Source: Acidobacteriota bacterium (lineage in GTDB: Bacteria > Acidobacteriota > CAIWXX01). From it: 64,000 nt of DNA. Every line of letters begins with the position of its first letter. The stretch's first letter is position 1. A program made the position numbers and the translations under genes. The notes beneath the pieces were generated by a model. The model saw nothing but the letters and a program-made list of their open reading frames with translations, was not told the origin of the DNA and did not search any database. Location of the stretch: assembly GCA_040755995.1 (NCBI GenBank), contig JBFMAF010000055.1, positions 160,001 through 224,000 on the forward strand, in the 5' to 3' direction. Below, piece by piece: positions 1 to 11,010 of the stretch.

Positions 1-682
1 CATGGCTCCCTCGCGCCACCCCCAGAATGCCGCCCATCCCCTGTCTCTCCATCCACTTCGCGTCCCGCACCTCGCATCGCACTCCGGCGCGACGGCGCTG
101 GAGCTCGACGGCGCACCGCGCCAGATACCGGGGCGTGACAATCGAGGGGGGCTCGTTCACCAGGTCGCGCGCGTAACAGGCAGCCTCGCCGATGATCGTC
201 CCCAGCCGAATGGCCTCCCGCCGCTCCCTGCTCTTCCTCCCCACCAGCACACGCACCGACCGTATCTCTTTGCGCTCCTCGACCCTCCTGTAACGGTCGA
301 ACGTGTAGAGCGACAGTACGGCCATCTCGGCCAGCAGTGTCAATCGATCCGGGCTCATCGCCTTCGCATCCACTGCAAGAGTGCGGACGCCCGCATCCCT
401 CGCCTTTCTGCAACCCAGGAACACCGCCCGGCGTCCCTTCACGCCGTCAGGCGAGTCGCCTGCCACGACGATCACCTGAGCTTGAATCTTCCCGGAAGTT
501 TCGAAGATGGCCACATCCCCCGGCCGTCCCTTGAACATCTGCCTCGATAGCGCTCGCCTCAGGGCTCCATCCAACGCCCTGTCGATCGCCTCGACCTGCC
601 CTTTCCATCCGGTGTCGACGAACACAAGCAACCCATCGACTGCAGAAGCGATCGGGTTTTCCGTACCGATTTCAACCTTCAC
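1..682 (-). CDS. pepA: Leucyl aminopeptidase (peptidase M17), 5' part; runs off the left edge
   Basis: Not in the ORF track; translated by hand. GTG at 682 after GGAGGA, open frame to the window edge, contains ARDLVNEPPSIVTPRYLA and MERQGMGGILGVARGSH typical of PepA. Confidence 0.9.
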   Translation of the reverse strand, partial: MKVEIGTENPIASAVDGLLVFVDTGWKGQVEAIDRALDGALRRALSRQMFKGRPGDVAIFETSGKIQAQVIVVAGDSPDGVKGRRAVFLGCRKARDAGVRTLAVDAKAMSPDRLTLLAEMAVLSLYTFDRYRRVEERKEIRSVRVLVGRKSRERREAIRLGTIIGEAACYARDLVNEPPSIVTPRYLARCAVELQRRRAGVRCEVRDAKWMERQGMGGILGVARGSH

Positions 683-842
683 GTGCAATCCTCCGTCTTC
701 TCGCGCAATCCCACAGCATCATAGGTGCATTCGTGAACGTGGACGGATCGTTGTCCGCAGCCCCGTTCACGACCGCGATAAAGAAAGCGACCACGACCTT
801 CTCCACGAAACACCTGCGGGCACGGCAGGGACCGCGTCGATG

Positions 843-3236
843 TCACTCCATGACGGCATCGACCGTGGGCGCGGCAGGGGCCTTGGGCACCAGCGCCTCC
901 TTCAGCACCTCGCTGACTTCCTCGGTGAATATGAACGACATTTCTCTGCGGATCGGCGGGGGGATGTCATCGAGGTCCTTCCGGTTCTGAGCCGGCAGTA
1001 TGACCTTCCTGACGCCGGCACGCCTGGCCGCCAGCACCTTCTCCTTCACGCCGCCGATCGGCAGCACCGTGCCTCGCAGCGTGATCTCCCCCGTCATGGC
1101 TATGTCATGACGGACCGATTGGTTCGTCAAGGCGGAGATCATAGCCACTGCCATCGTGATGCCGGCCGACGGGCCGTCCTTGGGGATCGACCCCTCGGGG
1201 ATGTGAACGTGGATGTCGTGTTCTCCGAAGACCTGGTCCGGGATCTCGAATTCGGCGGCGTGCGTTCTCGAGAAGCTGAGAGCGGCGTGCGCCGACTCCT
1301 TCATGACTTCGCCGAGGTGGCCGGTGAGCAGGAGGCTTCCTTTGCCCTTCATCACAGTGGCCTCGATGAACAGCACGTCGCCGCCGGTCGCAGTCCATGC
1401 CAGGCCCGTCGCAACACCGACACGATCCTTCTTCATCGTCTCTTCGCGGAAGATGCGCGGCGGGCCGAGAAGCTTCTCGACGCGCGAACCGCTCAGGATC
1501 TTGGGCACCTCCTTGCCCTCGGCAATCCTGCGCGCCACCTTGCGACAGATCGATGCCACCTCGCGCTCGAAGTTCCGCAGCCCGGCCTCCCGCGTGTACT
1601 CACCGATAATCCGGCGCAGCGCCCCTTCTCCGAAGCGGAACGTGCCGGCCAGTATGCCGTTCTCCTGCATCTGCTTCGGGATGATATGGCGGTACCCGAT
1701 CTGTATCTTCTCCTCCTCGGTGTAGCCCGAAAGGAAGATCACCTCCATCCTGTCGCGGAACGCGGGATGGATCGGATCGAGGAGGTTGGCAGTAGTAATG
1801 AACATGACGTTGGACAGGTCGAAGGGGACGCCCAGATAGTGGTCACGGAAGCTGAAGTTCTGCTCGGGGTCGAGCACTTCCAGCAGCGCGGATGACGGGT
1901 CGCCGCGGAAATCGGCCCCGATCTTGTCCACCTCGTCCAGCATGAACACAGGGTTGCTCGATCCACAAGTGTGGATGCCCTGAACGATGCGGCCCGGCAT
2001 CGCCCCCACGTAGGTGCGCCTGTGCCCGCGGATCTCCGCTTCGTCGCGGACTCCACCGAGCGACATACGGTAGAACTTGCGCCCAAGCGCCCGGGCAATG
2101 GACCGGCCCAGCGATGTCTTGCCAACGCCGGGTGGACCAACGAAGCAGAGGATAGGCCCTTTCATCTTGTCCTTGAGCTTCCGGACCGCCAGGTACTCCA
2201 GGATCCGCTCCTTCACCTTCTCCAGGCCGTAGTGATCCTCGTCGAGGATCTTGTGCGCGGCGGCTATGTCCAGGTTGTCTTCCGTCTGGACGGACCACGG
2301 AAGGTCCACCATCCAGTCCAGGTAGTTGCGAATTGTGGCGGTCTCGGCCGAGTCCGGGTGCATCCTCTCCAGTTTCTTGATCTGCCTCTCGACCTCCTCC
2401 TCCACCGACGACGGCATCTTCGCCTTCGCCACCTTCTCGTGATAGTGCTTGATCTCCTCGGCCAGCTCGTTGCCCTCGCCCAGTTCCTGTTGGATCGCCT
2501 TGAGCTGCTGCCGCATGAAGTATTCCCGCTGCACCTTGTCCATCTCGCCTTTGGCTTGGGTGGAGATCTGTTGCTGGATCGTCAGCAGCTCCACCTCGCG
2601 ATTCAGAATGCTGTGCACCTTCTGAAGACGGTCGACGGGCGCGAGCACCTCCAGCACCTCCTGAGCCTCCGCGACCTTGAGCTCGAAGTTGGACGCAATC
2701 AAGTCGGCCAGCCGGCCGGGGTCCTCCATGTTCTGGACCACCACCTGGATCTCCGGCGATATCTGTTTGCCGAGGCTGGTGGCCCTGTCGAGAATAGCCT
2801 TGACATTCCTGACCAGAGCCATTGTCTGCATGTTTGCGCGGTCGACCTCCGGCTCGTTCAAGATCTCGAGGGCGCTCTCCATGTACTCCTTACTCATGTC
2901 TACCTGAGCGAGACTCGCGCGCGCCAACCCCTGAACCAGAACCCGGATGCGGTTGTCAGGCAGTTTCAGCATGCGCATGATCATCGCCACCGTCCCCACC
3001 TTGTAGATGTCTTCCTCGACCAGGTCCTCCTTCTCGCCCTCCCGCTGCGCGACCAAGAGGATCATACGGTTGTGAGTCAACGCCTGATCCACGGCCTTTA
3101 TCGACTTCTCACGGCTGACGTACAACGGGACGATCATGAAGGGAAACACCACGATGTCCCGCAGCGCCAGCAAGGGCAGCGCGGCCGGTATCTGGAGCTC
3201 CTGTTCCTTCCCTTCGTTCGCCTCTGATTCACCCAC
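843..3236 (-). CDS. lon: ATP-dependent Lon protease
   Basis: LON N-domain LPLLALRDIVVFP, Walker A GPPGVGKTS, catalytic PKDGPSAG and IGGVKEK. Confidence 0.98.
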   Translation of the reverse strand: MGESEANEGKEQELQIPAALPLLALRDIVVFPFMIVPLYVSREKSIKAVDQALTHNRMILLVAQREGEKEDLVEEDIYKVGTVAMIMRMLKLPDNRIRVLVQGLARASLAQVDMSKEYMESALEILNEPEVDRANMQTMALVRNVKAILDRATSLGKQISPEIQVVVQNMEDPGRLADLIASNFELKVAEAQEVLEVLAPVDRLQKVHSILNREVELLTIQQQISTQAKGEMDKVQREYFMRQQLKAIQQELGEGNELAEEIKHYHEKVAKAKMPSSVEEEVERQIKKLERMHPDSAETATIRNYLDWMVDLPWSVQTEDNLDIAAAHKILDEDHYGLEKVKERILEYLAVRKLKDKMKGPILCFVGPPGVGKTSLGRSIARALGRKFYRMSLGGVRDEAEIRGHRRTYVGAMPGRIVQGIHTCGSSNPVFMLDEVDKIGADFRGDPSSALLEVLDPEQNFSFRDHYLGVPFDLSNVMFITTANLLDPIHPAFRDRMEVIFLSGYTEEEKIQIGYRHIIPKQMQENGILAGTFRFGEGALRRIIGEYTREAGLRNFEREVASICRKVARRIAEGKEVPKILSGSRVEKLLGPPRIFREETMKKDRVGVATGLAWTATGGDVLFIEATVMKGKGSLLLTGHLGEVMKESAHAALSFSRTHAAEFEIPDQVFGEHDIHVHIPEGSIPKDGPSAGITMAVAMISALTNQSVRHDIAMTGEITLRGTVLPIGGVKEKVLAARRAGVRKVILPAQNRKDLDDIPPPIRREMSFIFTEEVSEVLKEALVPKAPAAPTVDAVME

Positions 3237-3251
3237 CTCACCACCTCCGTG

Positions 3252-3698
3252 TTATTCCTCTTCGACCGGCACCTCGATCTCAGATCCACGTCGATCCCTG
3301 ATGATCGGCAGCTTGACAGTCAGCACCCCGTCCTTCAGCCGCGCTGTCGTATTGCGCGCGTCGACAATCTGCGGCATGTGAACTACTTTCTCAAAGCGCC
3401 CGTGCGAGATCTCCATACAGTGAAAACATACGAGAGCGTTTTGCGGATAGCGCGTCGGACGCTTAAGGCCACGGACGAAAACCGCGTTCGAGCGAATCAG
3501 AACGCTGATCTCCCCACGCTCGATCCCGGGCAGGTCCACCCTGATGAACACATGCTCGCCCTTCTGAAAGACATCGGACGGCGGGTCCCACAAGCCGGCG
3601 GTGGATCCAGTAGGAGACTCCAGGAAGCGCTCGAAGAGACTGTTGATCTCTTGGTGGATCCTGGCGAGATGAGGGTACTGATAGACGCTCTTTGGCAT
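3252..3698 (-). CDS. Hsp20/alpha-crystallin small heat-shock protein
   Basis: VDLPG, EISHGRFEK, ARLKDGVLTVKLP; immediately upstream of lon. Confidence 0.93.
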   Translation of the reverse strand: MPKSVYQYPHLARIHQEINSLFERFLESPTGSTAGLWDPPSDVFQKGEHVFIRVDLPGIERGEISVLIRSNAVFVRGLKRPTRYPQNALVCFHCMEISHGRFEKVVHMPQIVDARNTTARLKDGVLTVKLPIIRDRRGSEIEVPVEEE

Positions 3699-3929
3699 TC
3701 AATGCCTCCGATCTCTTCGGCGGACGATACACGCGGGACCTGTCTCCAATGTCGCGACTCGGTTCATTCATTGCCTATTGTAACCGCGCCAGCGAACTCG
3801 AGGCAAGGAGGCCCGGCCCACCGAGCGCGTGCGCGCGTACGGGCCGGCAGCCTGGGTTCGTCCGAGGAAGACGCCAGCCTGACTCGAGCACTCGACGTCC
3901 AAGGCAGCACGTCCGAAGGATTCCTGCTG

Positions 3930-4421
3930 CTACCGCCTTCTCGACCCCTTGGCTCGGCCGCGCTTGCTGCCCGTGCGGAGCAATCCCTCGACCTCGGACA
4001 TGAACTCGCCCAGCGCCTTGAAACGCCGATAGACAGAGGCAAATCGAACGTATGCCACTTTGTCCAGCTTCTTCAGCTTCTCCATCAGGTACGCCCCGAT
4101 CTCCTTGGTGGAGATCTCCTTCTCCGGCTTCTCCTGCAACATCGATTCGACATTGTCGGCCAGGCGCTCGAGCTTGCCGGCTGCAATCGGGCGCTTCTCG
4201 CAGGCCTTCATGAGGCCGTGCAGAAGCTTCTGGCGGTCGAACGGTTCCCGGCGGCCATCCTTCTTCACGACCATGTACGGTATCTCCTCGATCCGCTCAT
4301 AGCTCGTGAATCGCCGCCCGCAGCCGAGGCACTCCCGCCGCCGGCGGATCGCGTCGCCTTCCTTGCTCTCCCGTGAGTCGACCACCTTGTCGTCCAGGCA
4401 TTCACAGAAGGGACATCTCAT
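3930..4421 (-). CDS. nrdR: Transcriptional repressor NrdR
   Basis: MRCPFC...[17 protein letters not shown] zinc ribbon, ATP cone [22 protein letters not shown]; start moved to ATG 4421. Confidence 0.97.
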   Translation of the reverse strand: MRCPFCECLDDKVVDSRESKEGDAIRRRRECLGCGRRFTSYERIEEIPYMVVKKDGRREPFDRQKLLHGLMKACEKRPIAAGKLERLADNVESMLQEKPEKEISTKEIGAYLMEKLKKLDKVAYVRFASVYRRFKALGEFMSEVEGLLRTGSKRGRAKGSRRR

Positions 4422-4512
4422 CCGCCGGACCCCCCTTTCGAGTCTGCTCCATCTTACCACAAGTGTCGAAAGAATTGGATTTCGGGGTGCCCGGGCGACG
4501 CGTGCGTCGCCC

Positions 4513-5556
4513 CTACGGGGCGTTCGTCGGTTCCTCCTCCAGATCGCTCTCCCGCTGCCCCAGCTCCCGCACCTGTGATATGGAGAAGCCCTCGCGCGAC
4601 GCATAGTAGAGCCCGTGGACGATCGGCGGGAGAACCAGCAGGGCGTGGAGAACGATGGTTGTCGAGACGGCCAGATTCGGGTCGACTCCCCAAAGCTGGA
4701 CGAGGCCGATCTTCATGCCGGCATGGAAGCCGCCGACCATGCCTGGGGTCGGGATAGCGACTCCAAGCACGAGGATCGCCTGGACGGGGAAGGTGAGGAG
4801 GAACGGCAGGTCAATGCCAAAGGCCCGGATGCAGATCCAGATAGATGTGCAGATGCCGGTCCACAGGGCGAGCGAGTAGAAGCCGATGAGAAAGAACGTC
4901 CTGAAGTCGTGGTAGACATTCAGTCCTGCGACGAAAGATTTGAGAAAGTGCATGACCCGCCGGTACAGCCGGTCGGGCAGCACAGAGGCCAGGCGGCCGA
5001 AGAGCCGCATCGCGAGGTCGCTCCTCAGCTTCAACAGCACGATCGCGACAACCGCTGCGGCCGTGATGGCCAGAGCGATGAGCCCGACGCGGTGGACGGC
5101 AGAAAGCATCGCCTCGGACCCGCGCCGGGGTACATATGCCTCGAACAGGTAGTACACTTGCAGCAACACCAGGATCGCCAGCGTGTCTACGATGCGCTCG
5201 AGCACCACCGTGGCGAAAGCCGACGTCTTGCTGATCTTCTCCCTTATCCCCAGCAGCACCGGCCGGACAATCTCGCCCAGGCGTCCGGGGAACAGGAAGC
5301 TGATCATGAACCCGATCATCATGGAGGACATCAGAGGCGGGATCGGGATACGCTTGATCGGGGCAAGGAAGCACTGCCAGCGGACGGCTCGCAGGAGGAA
5401 CAATAGAGGCTGAAGAAGGACGACGAGAGCCAGAAGCCAGGGGTTGGCCGCCCCCATGTTCGTCGTCACATCTCTCCAGTTCGTACTTCGCAGGAAGAAA
5501 TAGAGCAGTACAACGGCCAACAGAAAGCCGATCAGCAGCTTCAGTTTGCCTTTCAT
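4513..5556 (-). CDS. Lysylphosphatidylglycerol-synthase TM-domain (flippase-like, UPF0104) membrane protein
   Basis: [32 protein letters not shown] motifs; many TM helices. Confidence 0.85.
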   Translation of the reverse strand: MKGKLKLLIGFLLAVVLLYFFLRSTNWRDVTTNMGAANPWLLALVVLLQPLLFLLRAVRWQCFLAPIKRIPIPPLMSSMMIGFMISFLFPGRLGEIVRPVLLGIREKISKTSAFATVVLERIVDTLAILVLLQVYYLFEAYVPRRGSEAMLSAVHRVGLIALAITAAAVVAIVLLKLRSDLAMRLFGRLASVLPDRLYRRVMHFLKSFVAGLNVYHDFRTFFLIGFYSLALWTGICTSIWICIRAFGIDLPFLLTFPVQAILVLGVAIPTPGMVGGFHAGMKIGLVQLWGVDPNLAVSTTIVLHALLVLPPIVHGLYYASREGFSISQVRELGQRESDLEEEPTNAP

Positions 5557-5772
5557 GATTCAGTCACCGTGTGAGGATGCGACAAGATTCCTGCGACCTG
5601 CGCGCTGTTCGGCCGGCTGTCCCACGGGGCCGGTGGGCACCGAGCTCCCGCGGCAGCGGTCTCGGCATCTCTGCACTCCGATCGGCCCGGCGACACCGAC
5701 CGTCCTCCATCCGACATGAGCGTATATTCTCTTCAGGTGCCAGGCGCGATTCTCAGTCGATCGGCAAGATGA

Positions 5773-6558
5773 TCAGTTGCCCTTGAAGCGGGGAGCGCGC
5801 TTCTCACGAAGTGCCGTCACCGCCTCGGCGTGGTCATGGCTGCAGAAGCATTGGAGCTGGAGGCGAGATTCGTTTTCGAGCGCCTGCGCCAGATCAGTGG
5901 AGGAGTTCGCAAAGACGGCCTGCTTGGCGAGGGCAACGGCTCGCGTAGGCCCGTCGGCGATCTCTCGTGCCAGCGTCAACGCCTCTTCCACCAATCGATC
6001 GGCAGGTCTCACGGCGCTCACCAGCCCGATACCCAGTGCTTCCTCGGCGGTCAGAACCGTGCCGCGCATGATCATTTCCACGGCACGGCCATGTCCGACG
6101 ATTCGGGGAAGGAAGAATGTGCCGCCGCCATCCGGGATCAACCCCATCTTTATGTAAGCGGACGACAACTTGACCTTCTCTGCCGCCATCCGAATGTCGC
6201 ATGCAAGGGCCAGGTCCAGCCCGGCGCCGGTGGCGAATCCGTTGATGGCTGCTACCACGGGTCGATCCAGGGTCGCGAGCGCCAGGATTATCGACTGATA
6301 CCTCTTCAGAAGAGCGCCGATGCGCGAGTCATCCGCCTCGTCGACGAGCGAGGACATCTCCTGGGCGTCCAGCCCGTAGCAAAAGGCCCTCCCATTCCCG
6401 GTCAGGACGACGGCGCGTACACCCCGGTCGTTCCGGACGTTCTCTATCACCTTCATCAGCTCGTTCAGCATGAGGTCGTTCAGAGCGTTGAACTCGCGAG
6501 GCCGGTTGAGTGAAATCTTGATCACGCTCTCCACGAATTCCAACGCGAGCGTCTGCAT
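5773..6558 (-). CDS. Enoyl-CoA hydratase/isomerase (crotonase) family
   Basis: LNRPREFNALN, GRAFCYGLD, AINGFATGAGLDLALACD, GLIPDGGG; alternative start 6567. Confidence 0.93.
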   Translation of the reverse strand: MQTLALEFVESVIKISLNRPREFNALNDLMLNELMKVIENVRNDRGVRAVVLTGNGRAFCYGLDAQEMSSLVDEADDSRIGALLKRYQSIILALATLDRPVVAAINGFATGAGLDLALACDIRMAAEKVKLSSAYIKMGLIPDGGGTFFLPRIVGHGRAVEMIMRGTVLTAEEALGIGLVSAVRPADRLVEEALTLAREIADGPTRAVALAKQAVFANSSTDLAQALENESRLQLQCFCSHDHAEAVTALREKRAPRFKGN

Positions 6559-6857
6559 AACCCACATCCCCCAAAAACGCGTATCCTAGCACCCGCTAGA
6601 AGAGGGTGTCAATCGATCGCGAGGCAATGGCAACGTGGCAATGACGATCAGACAGGGTCGTAGCCGTCAGCATTGCCGGCATCGACACCGCGACCGGCAC
6701 CACTTGATCCCATAGGACCGACGCTGAGTCCCCGGAAGGATACGGGACTGGCAGCCGTGGAGTACCTCGTGAGGGACGGAATGGCATGGTCCGCGGGTCC
6801 GCGGCGTTGCCGTGCCATTCAGGGGGTGATAGTATGCAGTCTGGAGGAACGAGAACG

Positions 6858-7814
6858 ATGGGCCATGCGGAGATGGCGACCCGGTTGCACCCATCGGCGA
6901 CGTCTCTGGTGCGATATGGTTGGGCCGCCACGATCTTCGCCACATGTGCCCTTCAGGGCTGCTCGGTCCGCCAGCTCGCCATAAGGTCCCTTGGTGACGC
7001 CCTCGCCGCAGGCGCCTCTACCTACGCGAGAGACGATGACCCCGAATTGGTCCGGGACGCACTTCCATTCGCCCTGAAGACGATCGAAGGAGTCCTGACC
7101 GAGAGCCCCAGGCACAGGGGACTGCTGGAGGCGGCGGCCAGCGGCTTCACCCAGTACGCATACGCTTTCGTCGAATGCGAGGCCGACTTCTCGGAGCATG
7201 CCGACCTGGCGCGGGCGACGGAGTTGAGACAGAGAGCCAGAAAGCTCTATCTTCGGGCCAGGGAATACGGATCGAGAGGCATCGAAGTCGGTCACCCGGC
7301 GTTCCGCCGGCTGCTGCAAGGGGACCGTGAACAGGCGTTGATGCAAGTTCGGAAAGAAGAAGTGGGGCTTCTGTACTGGACTGCCGCGGCGTGGGCCGCA
7401 ACCATTTCGATCTCCAAGGAGGATTCCGAGCTGACCGCAGATCTCTCCGTTGTCGAGGCGATGATGGAACGGGCGCTCGTCCTTGACGAGGGTTACGGGG
7501 GCGGGGTGATCCACGATTTCTTCATCGCTTACGAGGGCGGCCGGCCCGCTTCGGCCGGCGGCTCCGTAGACCGCGCTCGCGAACATCTGCAGAAAGCGAC
7601 GGCGCTTTCCAAAGGCCACCGCGCCGCTCCTTTGGTCACCTACGCCGAGACGGTGTGCGTCGGCACGCAGGACCGCGTGGAGTTCCAGAGGCTGCTGAAC
7701 GAAGCCCTCACACTGGACGTACAGCTCGATCCTGACCAGCGCCTCGCGAACTTGATCGCGCAGAAACGGGCCCGCTGGTTGTTGAGTTGCGCAGACGAGC
7801 TTTTCGTGGAGTAA
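6858..7814 (+). CDS. TRAP-associated TatT-family lipoprotein (TPAT T component)
   Basis: Lipobox-like LQGC; DDPELVRDALPFALKTIE, QYAYAF, RLANLIAQKRARWLL; directly upstream of dctP and dctQM; start uncertain (6858 or 6873). Confidence 0.85.
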   Translation: MGHAEMATRLHPSATSLVRYGWAATIFATCALQGCSVRQLAIRSLGDALAAGASTYARDDDPELVRDALPFALKTIEGVLTESPRHRGLLEAAASGFTQYAYAFVECEADFSEHADLARATELRQRARKLYLRAREYGSRGIEVGHPAFRRLLQGDREQALMQVRKEEVGLLYWTAAAWAATISISKEDSELTADLSVVEAMMERALVLDEGYGGGVIHDFFIAYEGGRPASAGGSVDRAREHLQKATALSKGHRAAPLVTYAETVCVGTQDRVEFQRLLNEALTLDVQLDPDQRLANLIAQKRARWLLSCADELFVE

Positions 7815-7823
7815 TTCAAGAAC

Positions 7824-8885
7824 ATGAGCAAGCCAAGCCAGATCGCGAGGGAGAAGCGTCCGGCAGGCATATGCGCGCGCATCGGGTTTCCGATCGCGGC
7901 ACTGTTCCTGCTTTGCGCCCCCGGGCGCGCACAGAACGTGCACATAAAGATGGCGACCATCGCCCCGAAAGGTTCTTCGTGGCACCTGATCCTGCAGGAG
8001 ATGGGAGAGCAATGGAAAGCGACCTCCGGCGGTCGCGTGACGCTCACGCTGTATCCTGGAGGCGTTGCTGGAGACGACGGCGACGTGGTCCGAAAGATGC
8101 GTCTCGGCACTATCGGGGCCGGCTTGCTCGCAAGCTCCGGACTGAGCAATATCGATCGATCCATACTCGCTCTTCAGGTGCCCATGATGTACTCCAGCTA
8201 TGAGGAAATCGACTACGTTCTTTCCAAGATGTCCCCGCAGTTCGACAAGGCGTTCGAGGACAAGGGCTTCGTCATCCTGAACTGGGTGAACGCGGGGTGG
8301 GTCCACTTCTTCACGAAGACGCCGGTGCGAACGCCGGATGACATGAAATCTCTGAAGATCTTCGCCTGGGCGGGGGACAACAGCACAGTCGAGCTGTGGA
8401 AATGGGCCGGGTTCAGCCCGATCCCCCTGCCTTCGACGGAGATCTCCACAGCGTTACAGACCGGCCTGGTTACTGCTCTTCCATCGCCGCCCCAGGCGGC
8501 GGTATTGCTGCAGTGGTACACTCACGCGAAGAACATGACTGACGTCAAGTGGGCGGTACTCATCGGGGCCACAGTGATCACGAAGACGGCCTGGGAGAAG
8601 ATCCCCGCTGACGTGAGGCCGGCCGTTCGCGATGCGGCGCGGGCAGCCGGCAAGCGGATGCAGGATGAGGTGCGGAAGCGCGATCAGCTCGATGTGGACG
8701 CTATGGTGAAGCGCGGCTTGAACGTGGTCCACCTGGATGCCGCCACTACCGACCTCTGGCGGCGGCAGGCGGAAGGGGCGTATCCGAGAATGCGCGACTC
8801 CTATGTCCCGGCACGCTACTTCGAGGAGGCACTCGGGTTCCGAGACGAACATCGCAAGGCCAGTATTCCGGGCAAGAACCCGTGA
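7824..8885 (+). CDS. dctP: TRAP transporter substrate-binding protein
   Basis: IKMATIAPKGSSW, YPGGVAGD, ISTALQTGLV. Confidence 0.9.
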   Translation: MSKPSQIAREKRPAGICARIGFPIAALFLLCAPGRAQNVHIKMATIAPKGSSWHLILQEMGEQWKATSGGRVTLTLYPGGVAGDDGDVVRKMRLGTIGAGLLASSGLSNIDRSILALQVPMMYSSYEEIDYVLSKMSPQFDKAFEDKGFVILNWVNAGWVHFFTKTPVRTPDDMKSLKIFAWAGDNSTVELWKWAGFSPIPLPSTEISTALQTGLVTALPSPPQAAVLLQWYTHAKNMTDVKWAVLIGATVITKTAWEKIPADVRPAVRDAARAAGKRMQDEVRKRDQLDVDAMVKRGLNVVHLDAATTDLWRRQAEGAYPRMRDSYVPARYFEEALGFRDEHRKASIPGKNP

Positions 8886-8921
8886 TACTACGGCACAGAT
8901 ACCCGCCCTTGCACCTGGCAT

Positions 8922-9009
8922 GGGACGCGGAGACACGGCGACACGGAGACGCGATAAAGCGGCCCAACACCGTTCTCCGCGTCTCCTCTTCACCGCGTCC
9001 CCGTGTCCG
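8922..9009. repeat. Intergenic short-repeat hairpin (GGAGACGCGG-like units and their complement)
   Basis: ggacgcggagacacggcgacacggagacgcg followed by complementary ctccgcgtctcc...ccgcgtccccgtgtcc; a related copy lies at about 39317. Confidence 0.6.
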
Positions 9010-9109
9010 TCGCGCAAGGCAGGGGCTTCATCCGGCAGAAAAAGGACAGGCCCATCGCGACCAACCGGGTATGGCCAGCCACTCCAATTCAGTAGGGGCT
9101 GAGTAGACG

Positions 9110-10939
9110 ATGGCGGCCGGCGAGCGTCTGAGGGCGATTGCGCGGGGCGCGGAGAACTGGATCCCGGCAATCGCGTTCGTGCTCGCGACCCTCCTCCCGC
9201 TCGTCGACGCCCTGGGCAGGCCTCTGAAGGGTTTTCATGTTCCGGGATCCGCCTCGTACATGCAGCAGCTCACCCTTTGGCTGGCGTTTCTTGGCGGGCT
9301 GCTCGCTGTCCGCGAAGGAAAGCACCTGACACTCTCGACCGCCGTCGCGAGGGGACAAGGACGGGGGCGGCGGCTCGCGGCCTTCTTCGCCTACGCGACG
9401 GCGAGCGCCGTCACTGCCGTGCTCGCCTACGCCAGCTACGGGATCGTAGTGGCGGACCGCCAGCAGGGCAGGCTGCTGCCGATAGGCATTCCCGAATGGG
9501 TCAGCGAGTGCATCATGCCGGTGGCCCTGGGCCTCATGGCGGCTCGCTTCGCCCTCCGCGCTTCCGAACGTCGTTGGGGCAAGATCCTGGCGTTCGCGGC
9601 CACGGCGGGCGTGCTGTGCATCGGGTTTGTTCCCTCAGCCTTCGCGCCCTATGTGCTGCCGCTGGCGGGGCTCGTCCTGCTGGCCGCCCTCCTCGGCACA
9701 CCCGTATATGTCGCCATGGGTGGAATCGCGCTCCTGCTCTTCTTCAGGGAGGGCACGCCCGTCTCGGCCGTCTCGGCCGAGATATATCGCCTCGTGGCGT
9801 CGCCGACGCTCCCGGCGATTCCTCTGCTCACCGCCTGCGGTTACGTGCTGGCCGAGTCGAGGGCATCGCATCGTCTGGTTCGCTTCTTCCACGCGCTTTT
9901 CGGATGGATGCCCGGCGGAGTCGCTGTGTTGGTGGCTGCGGTGTGCGCCGTCTTCACGACGTTCACGGGCGGATCTGGGGTGACGATCATCGCGCTCGGC
10001 GGATTGGTATATCCTATCCTGCGCGAGGATGGGTACTCGGAGGGATTCTCGCTGGGGCTCGTGACTGCGGCCGGCAGTCTCGGCCTCCTGTTTCCCCCGA
10101 GCCTGCCCGTGATACTCTACAGCGTGGTGGCCGGAGTCCCCGCCGACCTGCTCTATCTCGCCGGCCTCCTTCCAGGCACTCTTCTAGTGGTCCTCGTGGC
10201 CGTCTACGGCATCCACGTAGGCCGGAAGACTGCCCAGCGCGACACTGCGTTCTCGGCGAGAGAGCTGGTGGCCGCCGCGTGGGAGGCCAAGTGGGAGCTC
10301 TCAGTGCCCATTGTCGTGATCGTGCTGTTCATGAGCGGAGTCGCGTCCATGGTGGAGACCGCGGCCGCAGCCTGCGCTTATGCGATCGTGATCGAGTGCT
10401 TCATCAAGAGGGATCTGCATCTCACGCGCGATCTGCCGAGGGTGCTGGTGAAGGCAGGCGCGCTTGTGGGCGCAGTGCTGATCCTGTTGAGCACGGCCAT
10501 GGGCCTGACGAGCTACCTCGTCGATGCACAGGTGCCGGACCGCCTTCTCGATGGTGTAACGGCCCACATCCACTCGCCCCTGCTCTTTCTGCTCGTGCTG
10601 AACGTCATTCTGCTGATTCTCGGGAGCGTGATCGAGATCTACTCGGCCATCGTGATCCTGACCCCGCTGATAGCTCCGCTGGGGGTTGCATACGGAGTAG
10701 ACCCGGTCCATCTGGGCGTCATCTTCCTGGCAAACCTCGAGCTGGGATTCCTGTTCCCGCCGGTAGGCCTCAACCTGTTCCTCTCATCGTCACGCTTCGG
10801 GAAACCGCTGCCGATGCTCTACCGGCACGTGCTCCCGTTTCTCCTGATCCTCGGCGTCGGGGTCCTGCTGATAACGTACCTGCCGGAGATGACCCTGGCG
10901 TTGTTGAGGCTTCTGGGCAAACACCCGCCCGCAGGTTGA
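9110..10939 (+). CDS. Fused TRAP permease DctQ-DctM
   Basis: N-terminal DctQ-like AVREGKHL; DctM motifs AIPLLTACGYVL, AGSLGLLFPPS, DPVHLGVIFLANLELGFLFPPVGLNLF. Confidence 0.92.
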   Translation: MAAGERLRAIARGAENWIPAIAFVLATLLPLVDALGRPLKGFHVPGSASYMQQLTLWLAFLGGLLAVREGKHLTLSTAVARGQGRGRRLAAFFAYATASAVTAVLAYASYGIVVADRQQGRLLPIGIPEWVSECIMPVALGLMAARFALRASERRWGKILAFAATAGVLCIGFVPSAFAPYVLPLAGLVLLAALLGTPVYVAMGGIALLLFFREGTPVSAVSAEIYRLVASPTLPAIPLLTACGYVLAESRASHRLVRFFHALFGWMPGGVAVLVAAVCAVFTTFTGGSGVTIIALGGLVYPILREDGYSEGFSLGLVTAAGSLGLLFPPSLPVILYSVVAGVPADLLYLAGLLPGTLLVVLVAVYGIHVGRKTAQRDTAFSARELVAAAWEAKWELSVPIVVIVLFMSGVASMVETAAAACAYAIVIECFIKRDLHLTRDLPRVLVKAGALVGAVLILLSTAMGLTSYLVDAQVPDRLLDGVTAHIHSPLLFLLVLNVILLILGSVIEIYSAIVILTPLIAPLGVAYGVDPVHLGVIFLANLELGFLFPPVGLNLFLSSSRFGKPLPMLYRHVLPFLLILGVGVLLITYLPEMTLALLRLLGKHPPAG

Positions 10940-11010
10940 GGCCTGTCCGACGCCGGCCTGCCTGGCCGGCGAGCGCCAAGGGACTCCCATCGGAACATGG
11001 GACGGCTGAC

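Noticed and set aside
500..530. Suspected frameshift in pepA at a C5 run
   Set aside because: Recounting shows the frame stays open (FKGRPGDVAIF)
507..3227. Long plus-strand ORFs opposite lon, and similar antisense ORFs such as 6819-8306 and 48735-50573
   Set aside because: Shadow frames of GC-rich genes with no motifs
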